Translations under genes and position numbers: made by a program
Origin: a virus
Length of the DNA stretch: 50,826 nucleotides
Strand: one strand, 5' to 3'
IMG/VR virus record: IMGVR_UViG_3300025669_000046
Coordinates: 1 to 50,826 of that record
Part shown: piece by piece, positions 9,386 through 17,899 of the stretch
How the letters are laid out: each line of letters opens with the position of its first letter
Numbering within the stretch: position 1 is the first letter of the stretch
Notes under the pieces: generated by a model
What the model was told of the DNA's origin: nothing
The model's database searches: none
What the model saw: only the letters and a program-made list of their open reading frames with translations

Positions 9386-9736
9386 TTACTTTTTTACTTT
9401 TTCTTCTGATTTAAGTGCAATATTCTTCTTAACTTCTTTTTTTAATGGTTCTTTCTTTACTTCTTCTTTAACTTCTTCTTTAACCTCATTCTTCAATTCT
9501 TCTTTAATTTCTTTCTTTATTTCTTCTTTAATGTCTTCTTTCTTTTTAATTAAAATACCTTGCTTAACTAAGCTTTTTAGTTCTATGCTTTTATTATAAA
9601 AATCATCTTTAATCTCTACATACTCAGGTTGTTTTTGTTTAATCCAATCCCTGAAAAAAGACTCACCATTTACTGTTGTTAAAAATGTGTTACTATAATT
9701 CTCATTCAATTTTAAATTTACCATGTGTATATTCAC
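9386..9736 (-). CDS. Hypothetical protein with K/E-rich repetitive C-terminus
   Basis: KKEDIKEEIKKEIKEELKNEVKEEVKEEVKKE tail; AGGTGA RBS. Confidence 0.6.
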   Translation of the reverse strand: MNIHMVNLKLNENYSNTFLTTVNGESFFRDWIKQKQPEYVEIKDDFYNKSIELKSLVKQGILIKKKEDIKEEIKKEIKEELKNEVKEEVKEEVKKEPLKKEVKKNIALKSEEKVKK

Positions 9737-9763
9737 CTAATTCCCTAATCCTTTTATGCATTC

Positions 9764-9817
9764 TTTTATAACAAATGATGCAAACGAGGTATGGTATTCA
9801 CATCATTTATTATAAAA
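9764..9817. other. Intergenic stem-loop (17-bp stem)
   Basis: ttttataacaaatgatg (9764-9780) pairs with catcatttattataaaa (9801-9817) with one mismatch, which is a G-U pair on the coding strand. Confidence 0.6.
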
Positions 9818-9829
9818 ATATTAATCGAT

Positions 9830-10330
9830 TTAAACAAACTTAGCTGAGCCTCTGAAATAAAATAGACCTTTTCTTAAGATTGTTGCTGATGTTGGTAATG
9901 CTTGAGTTGATAAACTTGTGAATGTTCTGTTTCCTGCTGTTCCAGTTGCTACAACTGCTGTTCCTGTTGCTGCGGTTGTACCACCGTCACCACCAACTCC
10001 ACAACTTGAACCAACTGCGAATACATCATCCCAATCACCAGTTGCTCCACATAAACAATCTACCCAGATGTTTCCTCTTAGTAATACAGGTACATTAACT
10101 GCGTCTGCTGCACCATCTGAGTTGTCTACACCTGCTACTACAATTCCATCGATCTTTGCATCATTAGCTGCAACTGCTGTTACTCTACCAGCGGTGTCTA
10201 TTGTGACAAAGTCACCATATGTGTATTCTGTTGATGCTAATGCTCTGAATGTCTTTATTATTTGGTCGTTTGCACTACCAATCTCTCTATGTGGTGTTGT
10301 TACGTATGTTGTATCTGATGTAACTGCCAT
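9830..10330 (-). CDS. Capsid decoration/cement protein (putative)
   Basis: Small Gly/Ala/Thr-rich protein downstream of MCP with YTYGDFVTIDTAGRVTAVAA...IDGIVV...VPVLLRG, resembling beta-tulip head decoration proteins. Confidence 0.6.
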   Translation of the reverse strand: MAVTSDTTYVTTPHREIGSANDQIIKTFRALASTEYTYGDFVTIDTAGRVTAVAANDAKIDGIVVAGVDNSDGAADAVNVPVLLRGNIWVDCLCGATGDWDDVFAVGSSCGVGGDGGTTAATGTAVVATGTAGNRTFTSLSTQALPTSATILRKGLFYFRGSAKFV

Positions 10331-10453
10331 TTATTATCTTTCTCCTTGCGGTTCTTCCACAATCTTTATATTACTATCTTAGTCATAAAAATTCTTTTCC
10401 CATGACTTCATTGATGCATTAATTTATTACTTTAATCATAATCATTTACATAA

Positions 10454-10738
10454 CTATGATGATACTGTATGCACTGTATATTGAATTGTTACTGCTGGTG
10501 TCTGCATTGTATCAGCTTTTACAACTATTTTATTGGTTACTGTGTCAATTGAATATACATATACACCAAATCTCTGTCCTGCTGTTGTCATTGGTCTTGT
10601 TGTTCCACTAATTGAAACAACAACAATGTCTGTTGCTGCTAAGGATGAAATTGTGCCCGATGTTATGCTGGCATAATCCCCAGGTCCACTCGCTGCTAAG
10701 GTCAAAGTACCTGTCCATCTTTCTACACCTACTCCCAA
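10454..10738 (-). CDS. Small virion structural protein
   Basis: 94-aa beta-strand-rich ORF with GGAGTGA RBS in the head operon. Confidence 0.55.
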   Translation of the reverse strand: MGVGVERWTGTLTLAASGPGDYASITSGTISSLAATDIVVVSISGTTRPMTTAGQRFGVYVYSIDTVTNKIVVKADTMQTPAVTIQYTVHTVSS

Positions 10739-10783
10739 ATATTATCACTCCTTTTATATTTTTTTTCTAAACTATGTTTAGTA

Positions 10784-11653
10784 TTATTTTATTGATTCTA
10801 TAACTTTTTTAAATAATTCTTCATTCTTTATTTTTACATCAATAATTTTTACATTATATCCTAATTTCTTCAATTCTTTTTTTCTATAATTATCCTTTTC
10901 TATTCTATCTTTTTTAGTATGCCAATAACCATTAATCTCAATTATTAAATTTTGTTTTATAATATAAAAATCACAAACAAATCTATTATCAATTGATTTT
11001 TGAAACTCATATTGTATATTATTTCTTTCTAATAATATAATAAATAATAATTCTGGTTTTGATGCATTATCTAATTTTTTTATTCTTTCTGAATTTATTA
11101 AGGAATATTTCATTTTTTCAATTTGCTTTATCTTTTTTTCATTATTATTAGGATTGCTCCAATATTTTTGTCGCCCTATACTTATTTTTCTACATCTTTC
11201 TGGATTTCTTAATGATGTAAGTAAATTTTTATATGAATCTGATTTTTTCCATTCTTTACTATGCTTTGTTTTACTTTGTGATATTGCATATTTTTTTACA
11301 GATGCACTTGTTTCTTTAGTTAATCCTTTATTCCAAGCAACTTTTCCTTTACGATATTCACTTATTTTTTTTCTTATTTCTTTTGATATATTACTTTTTG
11401 ATTTTTTGATTTTTTCTATTGTTTCTTGTGAATGCTTTTTACCTTTATTCCAAGCAACTTTTCCTTTATGAGATTCACTCATTTTTTTCCTTGATTCTAA
11501 TGAATTTTTTTTACCCTTTCTTGGGGATATCCTACCTAATGCTCTTTTACTCAATTTTTCTTTTATTTGATTAACCTTTTCAATTGAAAAACATTCACTT
11601 AATTTCTTTCCTTTATTCCAAGCAACTTTTTTCTTCTTTTCCATATATCTCAA
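10784..11653 (-). CDS. NUMOD3 + Vsr/DUF559-like homing endonuclease
   Basis: Four (V)AWNKG repeats, KHSQETIEKI; FVCDFYI...IIEINGYWH...KD. Confidence 0.85.
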   Translation of the reverse strand: MRYMEKKKKVAWNKGKKLSECFSIEKVNQIKEKLSKRALGRISPRKGKKNSLESRKKMSESHKGKVAWNKGKKHSQETIEKIKKSKSNISKEIRKKISEYRKGKVAWNKGLTKETSASVKKYAISQSKTKHSKEWKKSDSYKNLLTSLRNPERCRKISIGRQKYWSNPNNNEKKIKQIEKMKYSLINSERIKKLDNASKPELLFIILLERNNIQYEFQKSIDNRFVCDFYIIKQNLIIEINGYWHTKKDRIEKDNYRKKELKKLGYNVKIIDVKIKNEELFKKVIESIK

Positions 11654-11671
11654 ATTAAAAAAATAAATAAA

Positions 11672-11697
11672 TCAAAGAGAAAATTAATTCTCTTTGA
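11672..11697 (-). terminator. Hairpin plus T-tract after the major capsid gene
   Basis: tcaaagagaa-aattaa-ttctctttga (perfect 10-bp stem), followed on the minus strand by tttatttattttttt. Confidence 0.65.
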
Positions 11698-11712
11698 AGT
11701 TTATGCAATGAT

Positions 11713-12744
11713 CTAACTTGTAATTTTTGCGATTGCATAAGGTCTTATGATTGCAAGAACTTCTGAAATTAAGGCAAGAATTTCTGTGTCTGGTGAACCT
11801 GGTAGTCTACCTTCGAAGAATTCGTGCTCAGCTTCTTTACAAAGCATTCCAGCATTCTTAGAATCTAATACTAATGCATATGCACCTGTTAATAATGGTG
11901 TTTCCCAAATTGTACAATCTAAAACTCTCATTGGTGATAGAATACCCATCTCTGATTTTTGAACTCCAGAGTTTGCGTTCCCAGGGAACATAGATTTTTG
12001 GAATGATTCGTCTAACACAATGTCATTGTAATATGTTGCACTTACAACGAAAAAGTTTGGATAGAAATTGTACTTAACTCCATTGCTTGCTGCTGCATCT
12101 CTAATTGCAAGTCTTGCTGCTAAGAAGTTTGCATAACTTAATCCACCAGTTACTGTAGTTCCAGCACCAGTTGCTAGACCATTTACGATGTTAGAAATTC
12201 TCTTTCTTACTAATGCATCCTTTGCATTTCCAAGTATATAATTCATTAATGAACCCATACCTCTCTTTCTAACTTCCCAAGTAATCTTTGTTGATGCAAG
12301 ATATTTCTTTGGTGTAACTGTGATTGGATCCACACCCTCTTCGAAGTAGCCTACTACGGATCCTTCTCCGATCTCTAATGCGATTGTTGGTTCTCCTCTT
12401 GGTATTTGGTATGCACCATATCCTGAGTTCTTAATCATATCATCATTGATATATACTAATGCCTCAGCCATTTGAAGTTCCTTATCACTAATCATTGCTG
12501 TTTGTATGATTTGGTGTAATAGAGTAGTATATGCACCTGTATTATTTGCTACAGTTTGTCCATCAGATTCTTTTAAATTAAGACTCTCTTTCAGGATTTT
12601 ACCATACTTAGGGTCATTACTTAAAGCTTCCTTGAATAAACCATTAATATTGCTTGCTAATTCTGTGTTTACAATATCATACTTTGGTGCTACATACTTT
12701 TCTACTTTAAATTTTGTTTTAAAAACATTACTTTTTTCTGTCAT
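11713..12744 (-). CDS. Major capsid protein (HK97 fold, putative)
   Basis: 343 aa directly after protease/scaffold. YQIPRG...EIGEGS..., TVTPKKYLASTKITWEV, PNFFVVSATYYNDI, terminal IIRPYAIAKIT match the HK97-like MCP layout. Confidence 0.85.
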   Translation of the reverse strand: MTEKSNVFKTKFKVEKYVAPKYDIVNTELASNINGLFKEALSNDPKYGKILKESLNLKESDGQTVANNTGAYTTLLHQIIQTAMISDKELQMAEALVYINDDMIKNSGYGAYQIPRGEPTIALEIGEGSVVGYFEEGVDPITVTPKKYLASTKITWEVRKRGMGSLMNYILGNAKDALVRKRISNIVNGLATGAGTTVTGGLSYANFLAARLAIRDAAASNGVKYNFYPNFFVVSATYYNDIVLDESFQKSMFPGNANSGVQKSEMGILSPMRVLDCTIWETPLLTGAYALVLDSKNAGMLCKEAEHEFFEGRLPGSPDTEILALISEVLAIIRPYAIAKITS

Positions 12745-12766
12745 TTCTGATTCCTCCGATAAAAAT

Positions 12767-14218
12767 TTATATTTTTAGTCTGTCATTTACAAATCCTGCA
12801 AATGCCTCTTTATAAGTCATTTCAGGCTTTGTTGTTATTGTCTCTTTCAAGCTTTGATTCAATTTCGAACTCTCTGTTTTTGGTGGGATTGGGGCATTAA
12901 CTTTGTCCTTATCCTTATCCTCTTTATCCTTATCCTCGTCAGCTTCTTTCTTAGTATCTTTTGTAGAATCTTCTTTACTATCTTCTGATTCTTTAATCAC
13001 TTTATCTTCAACAGTTTTTTCTTCAGGAACCACCTTATCATCTGCATCCTCAGACTCAGTCAATTTCTTTTCTTTGTCTTTGTCTTTGTCTTTGTCTTCT
13101 TCTACAGCTTCTTTTTTATCTTTATCTAAATCCTTGTCATCATCTAGAGCTTCCTTTTTTATGGTCTTGTCCTTTGGAACTTGTTCCTTAGGAACTGGTT
13201 CCTTTGAATCTTCGTCCTTTGGAAGTTTAGTCTTAATCATGTCTAATTCTTCTTTTAAAGATTTATTGTCATCCTTAATTAATTCTAGAGCTTCAACAAT
13301 TTTTGTCATGTCATCATTATATTCTTCTTTCAACACATTATCTTTCTTTTCTGTGTCCTCATTTTCTTTAATGACTTCTTCGTCTTGCTTAGGCTTAGTA
13401 ACTTTATCAGGATCTTGGTATGTTTCTTTCTTTATTTTTTTGTCCATTATTTCATCCTCCATATTGGAATCGTTACTGCTATCTTTTTTCATTATTGTCG
13501 GAGCTATTGCTCCAGATACATTCGCTGTGTTGATGTCTTCTTTCTTATTCTCATTACTATAATAAGCATTATCTTTTTTCAAATGATCAATCACTAACTG
13601 CTTGATCGCGGTATCCTTCAATTCTGGGTGCTCTCCTTTCTCGATCTTGAATCCCATATTGAACTCGTCATTGTAATCCTCAATAAATTTATTATTTTTA
13701 TAAGCCTCTGCAATTAAAGTTTCAATTGAAGTTTGGTCATACCCAGCGACATTAACTCCACTTGCTTCAAGAATATCACTAATATATGCTCTTTCATATT
13801 CCTTACCATCTTTAAATTCAGGACTTACTTCTGAAGCATTCAATTGAATACTTACTTTATTTATAAATCCTTCTACTACATCATTATAATATTGTGAACG
13901 TGGATTCAATTTGGATTTATAATACCACCCCGCGATATTTTCACCCTCATCATCTTCTTGAAGCCAAGAATCTACAAACTTACCAACTGGTCTATCAGTA
14001 GTTTCTAAGTCATGATTAAATAACATTGGTTTCCCAATCAATTCTTTATAATGATCTTTAATTGAACCCCAATCGTATAAAACTTTATTTCTTGAAACCA
14101 CATCCTTTGGAAGTAGTAATCCTTGAATATATGTATCTTTATTTTTATTTTCTTTTAATAAAGAAAATGTATCATTAGAAATATACCAACCTTTAATATT
14201 CGTTAATCCATTCACCAT
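12767..14218 (-). CDS. Prohead protease fused to acidic scaffold
   Basis: IQGLLLPKDVVSRNKVLYD, KPMLFNHDL...PVGKF, INKVSIQL, ILEASGVNVAG (herpes/HK97-like serine protease), followed by a long D/E/K-rich tail. Confidence 0.85.
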   Translation of the reverse strand: MVNGLTNIKGWYISNDTFSLLKENKNKDTYIQGLLLPKDVVSRNKVLYDWGSIKDHYKELIGKPMLFNHDLETTDRPVGKFVDSWLQEDDEGENIAGWYYKSKLNPRSQYYNDVVEGFINKVSIQLNASEVSPEFKDGKEYERAYISDILEASGVNVAGYDQTSIETLIAEAYKNNKFIEDYNDEFNMGFKIEKGEHPELKDTAIKQLVIDHLKKDNAYYSNENKKEDINTANVSGAIAPTIMKKDSSNDSNMEDEIMDKKIKKETYQDPDKVTKPKQDEEVIKENEDTEKKDNVLKEEYNDDMTKIVEALELIKDDNKSLKEELDMIKTKLPKDEDSKEPVPKEQVPKDKTIKKEALDDDKDLDKDKKEAVEEDKDKDKDKEKKLTESEDADDKVVPEEKTVEDKVIKESEDSKEDSTKDTKKEADEDKDKEDKDKDKVNAPIPPKTESSKLNQSLKETITTKPEMTYKEAFAGFVNDRLKI

Positions 14219-14293
14219 AAAGTTTCACCATTTATTATATATATATTATTTAAATAATTAACATTTTTAAACATATTTAATATTTTTAATTAT

Positions 14294-14560
14294 TTATATT
14301 TTAATCTCATTCTTCGAAGTGCCTATAATCTCGTTATTATTTATATGAATATACATTTTTGTGCTTGTGTCATATATAACTTCTTCATTATTATTCTTTT
14401 TAATAATCCTAATATTTTCTATGAATGATGCATTATTGATTGATTCCTTCTTTATATATTTTCCTAGTAATCTATATATCAAATATGCAATTGCACCGAC
14501 CATGATAGGATTCTTGATCTTCCCACCTAAAAACATTCGAATATCACTCAATAACGCCAT
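14294..14560 (-). CDS. Hypothetical protein with hydrophobic segment
   Basis: 88 aa, PIMVGAIAYLIYRLLG, followed by YIKKES. Confidence 0.5.
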   Translation of the reverse strand: MALLSDIRMFLGGKIKNPIMVGAIAYLIYRLLGKYIKKESINNASFIENIRIIKKNNNEEVIYDTSTKMYIHINNNEIIGTSKNEIKI

Positions 14561-14566
14561 GTATTA

Positions 14567-15052
14567 TCATTCCTTTTTATCTTCTTTTTTATAGAACTTC
14601 TTCCAAATTTTTAATGTATTGCTAGAATTCTGAACTGCTTTTAATGACATGGACTTTTCTGGTTCAAGCTTCTTCTTTAATCCCTTGTATGTCTCTTTAA
14701 TAATATTTTTATAATTCTTAATTATATTCTCATGCCCAGCAATTAGTCTATCTAAGTATTCTATTGCGAGTTTAGATTTATTCTTATCATTTATGCTTGC
14801 TAAGAACTCCTCTGATTCCTTCTTTCTTTTATCAATGTTCGCCTTTGCAACCTTCTTTTGATTCTTCGTGTACTGATCAAATGCACTAACAAATTCCTTA
14901 GCTCTGGCATTCAGGTTTGTATTCGATTCCACAATTGCATTCACATTACTCTGTCCGAGTTCCTGGACTAGCACATGCTCAAACACATAGTCCCCTTTTT
15001 TATTCTGACTTATGTTCTTTTCATTCTTTAATACTTTAAGACTCATATTCAT
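14567..15052 (-). CDS. Hypothetical helical head-cluster protein
   Basis: 161 aa, coiled-coil character, between portal and protease. Confidence 0.55.
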   Translation of the reverse strand: MNMSLKVLKNEKNISQNKKGDYVFEHVLVQELGQSNVNAIVESNTNLNARAKEFVSAFDQYTKNQKKVAKANIDKRKKESEEFLASINDKNKSKLAIEYLDRLIAGHENIIKNYKNIIKETYKGLKKKLEPEKSMSLKAVQNSSNTLKIWKKFYKKEDKKE

Positions 15053-15070
15053 TCTCCTTTATTTCTTAAT

Positions 15071-16822
15071 TTAACTTTTATTTTTATCAATCCATTTAAT
15101 CATATTATCTAATGATTTTGAGGACATTGTATCATTAACAGTTGATGCCCAATATAAATTGTTGTCATCTTTATAAATTCTTATTCCATTATGATTCATT
15201 ACTTCGTCTAGCTTCTCTTCAAGATTGTCTTCTGTATTGTCCTTAATTCCTTCTGTCAGTCTATAATTAATCCCCATGTTCTTAAGATTGCCTAAGAACT
15301 CGTTAATCTCTCTTTTCAATAAACTCTTGTTATCATTGAAATCTATCTTACCATTGTCTTGAAGATTCAATCCGAAGTCGTTACATGTCTGTCCAAGCTT
15401 AGCCTTAAGCTTAGGTATGTTATAAGCCCCAACCAACTGAATCGATGATTCCTTTTTGTTTAAATTGTTCAATCTCTCTTTATAGGATTCTTTTTTTAAG
15501 TTTTTAGGTGGAAAATATAAGATTTCACCATCATTTAAATCTTTTACTTTTATTTCATCATTAGAAATTTTAATAACTTTATATCTATATTTCTTACCCA
15601 TAGGACTAATAACAACATCACCTACTTTATAATCAAACTTTCCAAAATCAAAATATTCTCTCAAATTACTTAATCTCTCTTTGTAGGATTCTAAAGTATA
15701 AGGTGAACTCGTTCTTTTCATTTTATCTTTATAAAAATTAATTATATCAATCAATGTTTGTTTTGATGCTGTTGAATTTTTTAATTTATCTAAAATTTCA
15801 TTATCAGATTTTCCTTGCTTTAACATTGATGCTATAATTTGATCCTCTAAAGCTTCTTTCTTTATAAATTTCTCTTTCAATTTTTGTAATGCTTCTTTTT
15901 TAGTTCCGCACTTCTCGTCATACTCGGATTCATCATTCCATTCTGAATAGAAATAGTTCGCTTCGCTCTTCTCTGCATCAGATAAATCACTGAAGTTCTT
16001 TTTAAACTTCTTCTGTGATACATCGTCAAGTGTTAATACCTCTGTGTAGGATTCTTTTTTCAATTCTGAGTCATAATATTTATCAGTTCTTATTATTCCA
16101 CCAGCTGTTTTATACTCAACCTCAAATGAATCTGATCCAATTTTCTTTTTAATTGTACCAATTCTCTGAGGAAAATCAGAACCAACCTTTACTTTATCAC
16201 CAACTTCTAATGCCTCTTTGTAGGATTCTTTTTTTGATTTTATTATTTCAAAATCTTTTATTTGTCTATCTTTTGCAAATCTCTTTACTTCTTCTTCAGA
16301 ATCAAAAGGACCTCTTTGAAAAGTTACACCATCATCTTTATATTTTATTTTAAAACCGCTTGGTAAATAAGCTTCTCTGAAGTTATTCAATTTCTCTCTG
16401 AATGATTCTCCTAAGTAATTGTTCATTCCGTCGTTAATTATATACTCATCAACTGATGGGTACTTAGTTAGCATCTTCTTCTTAACCTCTATCTTAGGCA
16501 AGCCACTCTGGAATAATTCGTTTATCTCTTGCTGTATGTCACCCATAATAGATTCTTTTATGCCTTTTAATCTCTCTTTGTAATTCTCTAATTTCACACC
16601 AAAATTTTTTACTAACTTAGTTACTTCATTTGGATATAACAATTTCAAATTCTTTTTAATTACTATACTTTGTTCACTATTATCTTTATCTTTATATTTA
16701 TTATATAAATTCATGCCTAACAATAAATCATTCTTACTTACTTGTTTCATAATTATATTGATCTGATCATCATTTAATTTATTATTACTCATAAATTCTT
16801 TTAATCTCTCTTTGTAATTCAC
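15071..16822 (-). CDS. Modular head-cluster protein with repeated ESYKERL linkers (putative processed polyprotein/internal head protein)
   Basis: Seven E(S/N)(Y/F)xE-type linkers plus KKEA/LTEG variants separate 40-70 aa modules, two of them KOW/SH3-like (LEVGDKVKV; YKVGDVVIS). Confidence 0.6.
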   Translation of the reverse strand: MNYKERLKEFMSNNKLNDDQINIIMKQVSKNDLLLGMNLYNKYKDKDNSEQSIVIKKNLKLLYPNEVTKLVKNFGVKLENYKERLKGIKESIMGDIQQEINELFQSGLPKIEVKKKMLTKYPSVDEYIINDGMNNYLGESFREKLNNFREAYLPSGFKIKYKDDGVTFQRGPFDSEEEVKRFAKDRQIKDFEIIKSKKESYKEALEVGDKVKVGSDFPQRIGTIKKKIGSDSFEVEYKTAGGIIRTDKYYDSELKKESYTEVLTLDDVSQKKFKKNFSDLSDAEKSEANYFYSEWNDESEYDEKCGTKKEALQKLKEKFIKKEALEDQIIASMLKQGKSDNEILDKLKNSTASKQTLIDIINFYKDKMKRTSSPYTLESYKERLSNLREYFDFGKFDYKVGDVVISPMGKKYRYKVIKISNDEIKVKDLNDGEILYFPPKNLKKESYKERLNNLNKKESSIQLVGAYNIPKLKAKLGQTCNDFGLNLQDNGKIDFNDNKSLLKREINEFLGNLKNMGINYRLTEGIKDNTEDNLEEKLDEVMNHNGIRIYKDDNNLYWASTVNDTMSSKSLDNMIKWIDKNKS

Positions 16823-17058
16823 ATTTTCACCTTTTTAAATAAATCCTTTAACTTAGGCTTAGTATTAATCTTATCTTTCTTAACTTCTTTCTTGACTTCT
16901 TTCTTAACTTCTTTCTTAACTTCTTTCTTAACTTCTTTCTTTTTAGGCTTTAAGCTCTCTATGTGCTCCGACCATTTTTTTTGGAAATCATCAGGTCCTA
17001 AGCCTATAATAATTTTGCCTGTTAATTGGCATTTCTCTTTTATGTATTCATTATCCAT
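16819..17058 (-). CDS. Small protein with (KKEV)5 tail
   Basis: 79 aa, AGGGTGA RBS, overlaps the next gene's start. Confidence 0.6.
   Translation of the reverse strand: MDNEYIKEKCQLTGKIIIGLGPDDFQKKWSEHIESLKPKKKEVKKEVKKEVKKEVKKEVKKDKINTKPKLKDLFKKVKM
16877..16940. repeat. 12-bp tandem repeat x5 (TTCTTAACTTCT) encoding KKEV
   Basis: Units at 16877, 16889 (one variant base), 16901, 16913, 16925, plus a partial unit. Confidence 0.9.
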
Positions 17059-17084
17059 TATTTTTCACCCTTTACTTTTTTTAC

Positions 17085-17897
17085 TTATATATTTATTTGA
17101 TTATAATATGATTCTTTAAATATATTTAAAAAATCAATTTTATTCATTTTATTAATTTGATGTTCCCATAATCTTAAAATTTTATATTCTGCATTTTTCA
17201 ATTCAATATTTCTAAATTTATCATTTTTTGTACCTAATGGATAATTATGCCAATAATTTCCATCACATTCAATTATCATATTTAAATCTTGTATATAAAT
17301 ATCACATTGATATTTATGTTCTATATTTAATATTGGTTTATGCTTAATAAATGGAATATTTAATTCTTTTAAAATAATTTGAATCTTTTTTTCTATTGAA
17401 GTTTCCCATGTATGTTTTTGTAATAATCTTGCTTTTTTTATTTTTCTTCTTGCTTCTTTCGTAACAATATGACCTTCTAAATTATTTGCATATTTATTTA
17501 CTCGTAAATCTGTTTCTTTTGTTAATCCCTTATTCCAAGTAATATTTCCTTTATGAGAATCACTTAATTTTTTTCTTGTTTCTTTAGAACATATTTTTCC
17601 TTTATTTGCAATACCAATTTTTTTCTTTTGCTCCTCTGACATTTTTTGTCCTTTATTTGGTGAAACTCTACCTTTTAATGATTTATGTACCTTTTCTTCA
17701 TAAGATTTTACATCTTTATAAAATAATTTAGAACTTTTACCTTTCCAAATACATGATCTTGATAATCCTAAATCTTTATTTTTTAAATTAAATTTGTTTG
17801 TATATTCTTTAATAGTCATATTATGTTTTTTTAAATGCTTATGCGTAATACTTTTAAAACATTTCCCACAAATTTTACAATATAATTTAATATCCAT
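17085..17897 (-). CDS. Zn-finger + NUMOD3 + Vsr/DUF559-like homing endonuclease
   Basis: CKICGKCFKSITHKHLKKHNMTIKEY, NUMOD3 (KMSEEQKKKI, CSKETRKKLS), YQCDIYI...IIECDGNYWH...LRLWEHQI. Confidence 0.85.
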   Translation of the reverse strand: MDIKLYCKICGKCFKSITHKHLKKHNMTIKEYTNKFNLKNKDLGLSRSCIWKGKSSKLFYKDVKSYEEKVHKSLKGRVSPNKGQKMSEEQKKKIGIANKGKICSKETRKKLSDSHKGNITWNKGLTKETDLRVNKYANNLEGHIVTKEARRKIKKARLLQKHTWETSIEKKIQIILKELNIPFIKHKPILNIEHKYQCDIYIQDLNMIIECDGNYWHNYPLGTKNDKFRNIELKNAEYKILRLWEHQINKMNKIDFLNIFKESYYNQINI

Positions 17898-17899
17898 AA

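Noticed and set aside
9918-10382. 154-aa plus-strand ORF, and similar antisense ORFs (e.g. 8225, 11154, 21348, 24037, 32468, 35741, 42107)
   Set aside because: They overlap well-supported genes on the opposite strand, lack RBSs and show mirror-codon composition.
12903-13562. 219-aa Ser/Leu-rich plus-strand ORF
   Set aside because: Antisense shadow of the D/E/K-rich scaffold region.
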